Under the pieces are notes generated by a model. It worked only from the letters and a program-made list of their open reading frames with translations, was not told where the DNA came from and did no database searches. DNA of 64,000 bases from an uncultured Solirubrobacterales bacterium. Lineage in GTDB: Bacteria > Actinomycetota > Thermoleophilia > Solirubrobacterales > Solirubrobacteraceae. The first letter of the stretch is position 1. Every line of letters starts with the position of its first letter. Both the position numbers and the translations under genes were made by a program. Positions 60,895 to 64,000 of this stretch are shown piece by piece. The stretch spans positions 52,180-116,179 of the forward strand of contig CAWIMZ010000019.1 of NCBI GenBank assembly GCA_963837385.1, written 5' to 3'.

Positions 60895-61676
60895 GCTCGG
60901 GCGCCTCGGTCAGGCTGGAGCGCGATGATGGCCTGGCGATCGTCACCTTCCACTCGCCACCGCTGAACCTGTTCGACGAGGCGATGGGACAGGGACTCGC
61001 CGACGTAATCGACCAGCTCGAGTCAACGCCGGCACGGGCGGTGCTGTTCCGCGCGGAGGGGAGAGTGTTCAGCGCCGGAGTGGACGTGTCGGTGTTCGCC
61101 GCCCAGGAGAGCGTCGAGCAGGCCTGCTCGACCTTCGACGAACTGGTCGAGCTCGCGCGGCGGGTCGATCGGCTCCCCTGTCCGACGGTGCTCGCGGCGC
61201 ACGCGCTATGTCTCACATGGGCGTTCGAGCTGGCACTGGCATGCGATCTGATCCTCGCGGCCGAGTCGGCCCGGTTCGGCCTGGTCGAGCGAGTGATAGG
61301 ACTCACGCCGGCGATGGGCGGCACCCAGCGGCTTGCCGAGCGGGCGGGCACCGGACGTGCGCGTGAGCTGGTGATGACCGGCCGGCCATACGATGCCGCG
61401 GCACTCGAGCGCTGGAATGTCGTCAACCTGGTGCTCCCGGACAATGGCTTCGACGTCGCGGTCCGCAAGCTCGCAACCGAACTGGCGGACGGGCCGACCC
61501 TGGCTCATGCCGCCACCAAGCAAGTTCTCAGGGAGTACCTCGATGGGGGAGTCGAACGTGCCAACGACCGCGTAGCTCAGATCGCGGCTGAGCTGTTCGA
61601 CACCGAGGATCTCCGAGCGGCGGTCGCCAGGTTCCTGAAGGAAGGACCTGGCAAGGCGAGCTTCCGCGGGCGCTGA
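60891..61676 (+). CDS. Enoyl-CoA hydratase/isomerase family protein
   Basis: FSAGVD, ELALACD, FGLVE, GGTQRL. Confidence 0.92.
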   Translation: MSSGASVRLERDDGLAIVTFHSPPLNLFDEAMGQGLADVIDQLESTPARAVLFRAEGRVFSAGVDVSVFAAQESVEQACSTFDELVELARRVDRLPCPTVLAAHALCLTWAFELALACDLILAAESARFGLVERVIGLTPAMGGTQRLAERAGTGRARELVMTGRPYDAAALERWNVVNLVLPDNGFDVAVRKLATELADGPTLAHAATKQVLREYLDGGVERANDRVAQIAAELFDTEDLRAAVARFLKEGPGKASFRGR

Positions 61677-61792
61677 GCGCGGGGTACGGCGGCCTTCGGC
61701 GGGCGGTGACGCGTGGTACGGCGGCCCACCCCAAAGACTTCCGCTTAGGCGGGCGCTGAGCGCGGGGTACGGCGGCCTGCGGCGGGCGGTGA
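61666..61792. repeat. ~44-bp direct repeat copying the enoyl-CoA hydratase stop region
   Basis: gcgggcgctgagcgcggggtacggcggcct(t/g)cggcgggcggtga at 61666 and 61749. Confidence 0.85.
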
Positions 61793-61945
61793 GCTCGTGG
61801 CGCGGCAGGGGCGGGCATCCGTCGTCCAGCTCACTGCAATCAGCCGCCGGAAGTCTCCCTTCCCTGCTAGGTTTACCGCGTTCTCGGGTCCGGCGCCCAG
61901 GCGTGGCGGATTACACCAAAAACTAGTAGCACTGAAGGGAAGTTC

Positions 61946-62149
61946 ATGGCAACGGGTACCGTCAAGTGGTTCAGCGACGACAAGGGCTTTGGTTTCATCA
62001 CGCCCGACGATGGAGGTCGCGACCTGTTCGTTCACTTCAGCGGCATCAGCGGGGACGGCTACCGGTCTCTCGCCGAGGGCGCGAAGGTCAATTACGAGGA
62101 GGAGTCCGGCCCCAAGGGACCGAAGGCGGTGAACGTCACCAAGCTGTAG
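61946..62149 (+). CDS. csp: Cold-shock protein
   Basis: GTVKWF, KGFGFI (RNP1), LFVHFS (RNP2). Confidence 0.97.
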   Translation: MATGTVKWFSDDKGFGFITPDDGGRDLFVHFSGISGDGYRSLAEGAKVNYEEESGPKGPKAVNVTKL

Positions 62150-62267
62150 GCCGCGCCCCGGATCTCGCGGCCAGCTGCTCCCGAACGCACTTCTGCCGGG
62201 TCAAGGGCGCTTTGCGCCGCGGCGATGTTGCGCAACTGTGACCGGCAGGTCGTGTTCAATGGAGAAC

Positions 62268-62993
62268 ATGAAACGCCCTTTGCTGGTCACCGCGGCAGTC
62301 GTGGCAGCCCTCTTGGCGCTCGTCCCCGCGGCCGCGTCCGCGCAGATCGTCGAGCTCGGCGCGACGAAGACGCCGCTGGTCGCGCCAACCTGTCCGAGCG
62401 GCGTGACCGGGGCTAGCTGCACGATCATCCTGACGCAGGTGTCGGCGATCGAGACGATCAGGGACGGCGTCACGTATCCGACGACGATCACGAAGGCGGG
62501 TTACCTCGTCGCGTGGACGATTGGTCTCTCCCGCCTCTCGAGCAACGCCAAGACCGCCCACAATGCGATCCATTTTCTCGACGGGACCTACGGCGGGAAC
62601 GCCCAAGCGGGGATCTCTGTGCTGAAGCCCGTGGGCAACAAGAGCGTCCGCCGCTGGCAGGTGGTTGCGCAGAGCCCGATCCTCCATTTGCAGCCGTGGC
62701 TTGGTTACGTGGTTCAGTTTCCCCTGAGCACGCCACTCGCTGTGAAGCCGGGAGAGGTCGTGGCGCTGACCGTGCCCTCCTGGGCGCCGGTGCTTTCCAT
62801 TGACCTTCCGACCGGCAACTTCGCCTACCGCCAGAGCCGGGGAACGAACTGCACGAAGCCGGCCGCCTCCTCCCAAGCGCAGCTCACAGTCGGGGCGAGC
62901 ACGCGTTACCTGTGCAACTACCCCGGGACGCGTCTTGAATACAGCGCGACCGAGGTTACGACGCCTACGGCGCCCAAGAATCAGATCCACTGA
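62268..62993 (+). CDS. Secreted hypothetical protein, beta-rich with four Cys
   Basis: Signal peptide MKRPLLV...AAASA; codon bias. Confidence 0.7.
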   Translation: MKRPLLVTAAVVAALLALVPAAASAQIVELGATKTPLVAPTCPSGVTGASCTIILTQVSAIETIRDGVTYPTTITKAGYLVAWTIGLSRLSSNAKTAHNAIHFLDGTYGGNAQAGISVLKPVGNKSVRRWQVVAQSPILHLQPWLGYVVQFPLSTPLAVKPGEVVALTVPSWAPVLSIDLPTGNFAYRQSRGTNCTKPAASSQAQLTVGASTRYLCNYPGTRLEYSATEVTTPTAPKNQIH

Positions 62994-63083
62994 GAGGACC
63001 GCCGGGGAGTCCGCGGAGCGGCGGAGACTGCGCGACGCCGCGGGCGGGCGTCGGCGCCAAGCCGCGGTGGACCAGCCGCGATC

Positions 63084-63134
63084 CGAACATTGGCGTTTGG
63101 CCTCCGGGGGGCGGAGGCTGGACGCCATTGTTCG
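63084..63134. terminator. Long imperfect hairpin between convergent genes
   Basis: cgaacattggcgtttggcctccg / cggaggctggacgccattgttcg. Confidence 0.5.
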
Positions 63135-63143
63135 CGAGCGGGC

Positions 63144-63194
63144 CGCGCCCCGCGCCCCCGCGTCCCGCGTCCCGCGCCCCGCGCCCCGCGCGCC
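63144..63194. repeat. 7-bp GC-rich tandem repeat
   Basis: cgcgccc/cgcgtcc units, about 6-7 copies. Confidence 0.7.
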
Positions 63195-63219
63195 GCCGCC
63201 TGGCAGCCCGCTGCGCCCC

Positions 63220-63765
63220 CTAACAGGCGCCGGGGTTCTGCTGGCAGAATGCGGACCCTAGGCCTGCGCCACCGCTGCCGGAGCCGCCTGAGCCCGAGCT
63301 CGATGTTCCGCCGCCTCCGGTAGGGCTGGCGCCGCCGGAGCTAGACCCGCCGGTGGAGCCCGAAGCTCCGGTTGAGCCCGATGAGCCCGCCGAGCCCGAG
63401 GTGCCGGAGGATCCGGCGGACCCTGATGAGCCCGGAGAACCTGAAGCGCCCCCGGATCCCGAGAAGCCCGTGGAACCAGTCACGCCCGACGAGCCCGAGG
63501 ATGCGGCTGCGCCGCCCGATGAGGAGCCCGTGCCCGTTCCACTCGCCGCGGCGGTGGCGGTGGACGATGTGGTCGCGGTCGTGGCGGTGCTCGTGCTGAC
63601 GCTGGCGGCGGGGCTCTGGGCGCCGGTGGGGACGGTGAACGCCGGGGTGCCGGAGGTGTTGGACGAGCCGGAACCCGCACTGCCGCATGCGGCGACGCCT
63701 AACGCCAGCGCTGCGCCGACGGCGAGCGCAGCGACGATCCTGATCACACCAAGCCGAGCAGCCAC
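63220..63765 (-). CDS. Gly/Ser-rich lipoprotein
   Basis: Lipobox VAAC; GSS repeats; C-terminal FCQQNPGAC. Confidence 0.65.
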   Translation of the reverse strand: MAARLGVIRIVAALAVGAALALGVAACGSAGSGSSNTSGTPAFTVPTGAQSPAASVSTSTATTATTSSTATAAASGTGTGSSSGGAAASSGSSGVTGSTGFSGSGGASGSPGSSGSAGSSGTSGSAGSSGSTGASGSTGGSSSGGASPTGGGGTSSSGSGGSGSGGAGLGSAFCQQNPGAC

Positions 63766-63775
63766 TGACTGGACC

Positions 63776-64000
63776 TCAGGACCCGAGCGGGTCCATGCGT
63801 CTGCCGCAATGCGGACAATCGTTTAGGTCCTTCTGCGAGAGCTGGTCGCACCAGTTGCAGAAGCGCAGGTTCTCCACCGACCAGGGCAGCTCCGATGCGG
63901 TGGGCGCAAGCGGCAGCAGCTGCGCCACCACCTCGAACTCTTCGCCCGTCTCGCGATCCACGTACACCTCGTCGGGGTTCGCCTCGACGATCACCTCACG
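63776..64000 (-). CDS. Small zinc-ribbon protein, probably truncated by the window end
   Basis: FCNWC...CPHCG. Confidence 0.6.
   Translation of the reverse strand, partial: REVIVEANPDEVYVDRETGEEFEVVAQLLPLAPTASELPWSVENLRFCNWCDQLSQKDLNDCPHCGRRMDPLGS

Noticed and set aside
63353-63826. Acidic Pro/Glu-rich + strand ORF
   Set aside because: Antisense shadow of the Gly/Ser-rich lipoprotein, which has a proper signal peptide and lipobox
1-64000. Prophage, IS element, integron, tRNA/rRNA genes or a recognised defence island
   Set aside because: No integrase, transposase, phage structural gene, cloverleaf or rRNA-like sequence was recognised, and base composition looks uniform

Overview
High-GC (~70%) chromosomal window, most likely from an actinobacterium of class Thermoleophilia (Solirubrobacterales/Conexibacter-like); this is inferred from gene content, short-leader promoters and lineage-typical hypothetical proteins. 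It is mostly core genome: an addAB/adnAB-like helicase-nuclease pair next to ogt, an ECF sigma factor and Ku; gltBD; WS/DGAT and acyl-CoA dehydrogenase; ispH; a MoeB-CysO-CysM-Mec sulfur-carrier cluster; nadB; murI-rph-rdgB; HU, pyrF, dacA, pfkB, guaB3-guaA; rplM-rpsI-glmM-glmS-acpS-nnr-alr; a tRNA nucleotidyltransferase; and a cold-shock gene. More than ten genes, including essential ones, are broken by small indels, which points to long-read consensus errors. I found no tRNA, rRNA, CRISPR array, integrase or transposase. The most interesting signals are: (1) a promoter-to-terminator structured RNA after gltD; (2) a switch-like structured 5' leader on glmS that is not the glmS ribozyme; (3) a probable aGPT-Pplase clade 3 (DNA base-hypermodification family) gene coupled to a CGNR zinc-finger regulator; (4) a sulfur carrier with a masked GG end clustered with a JAMM protease and two Tat-exported ferritin-like proteins; (5) a loop-less, probably CC-adding nucleotidyltransferase; (6) repeated duplications of gene 3' ends. 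All family calls come from motif recognition by eye; no database searches were run.
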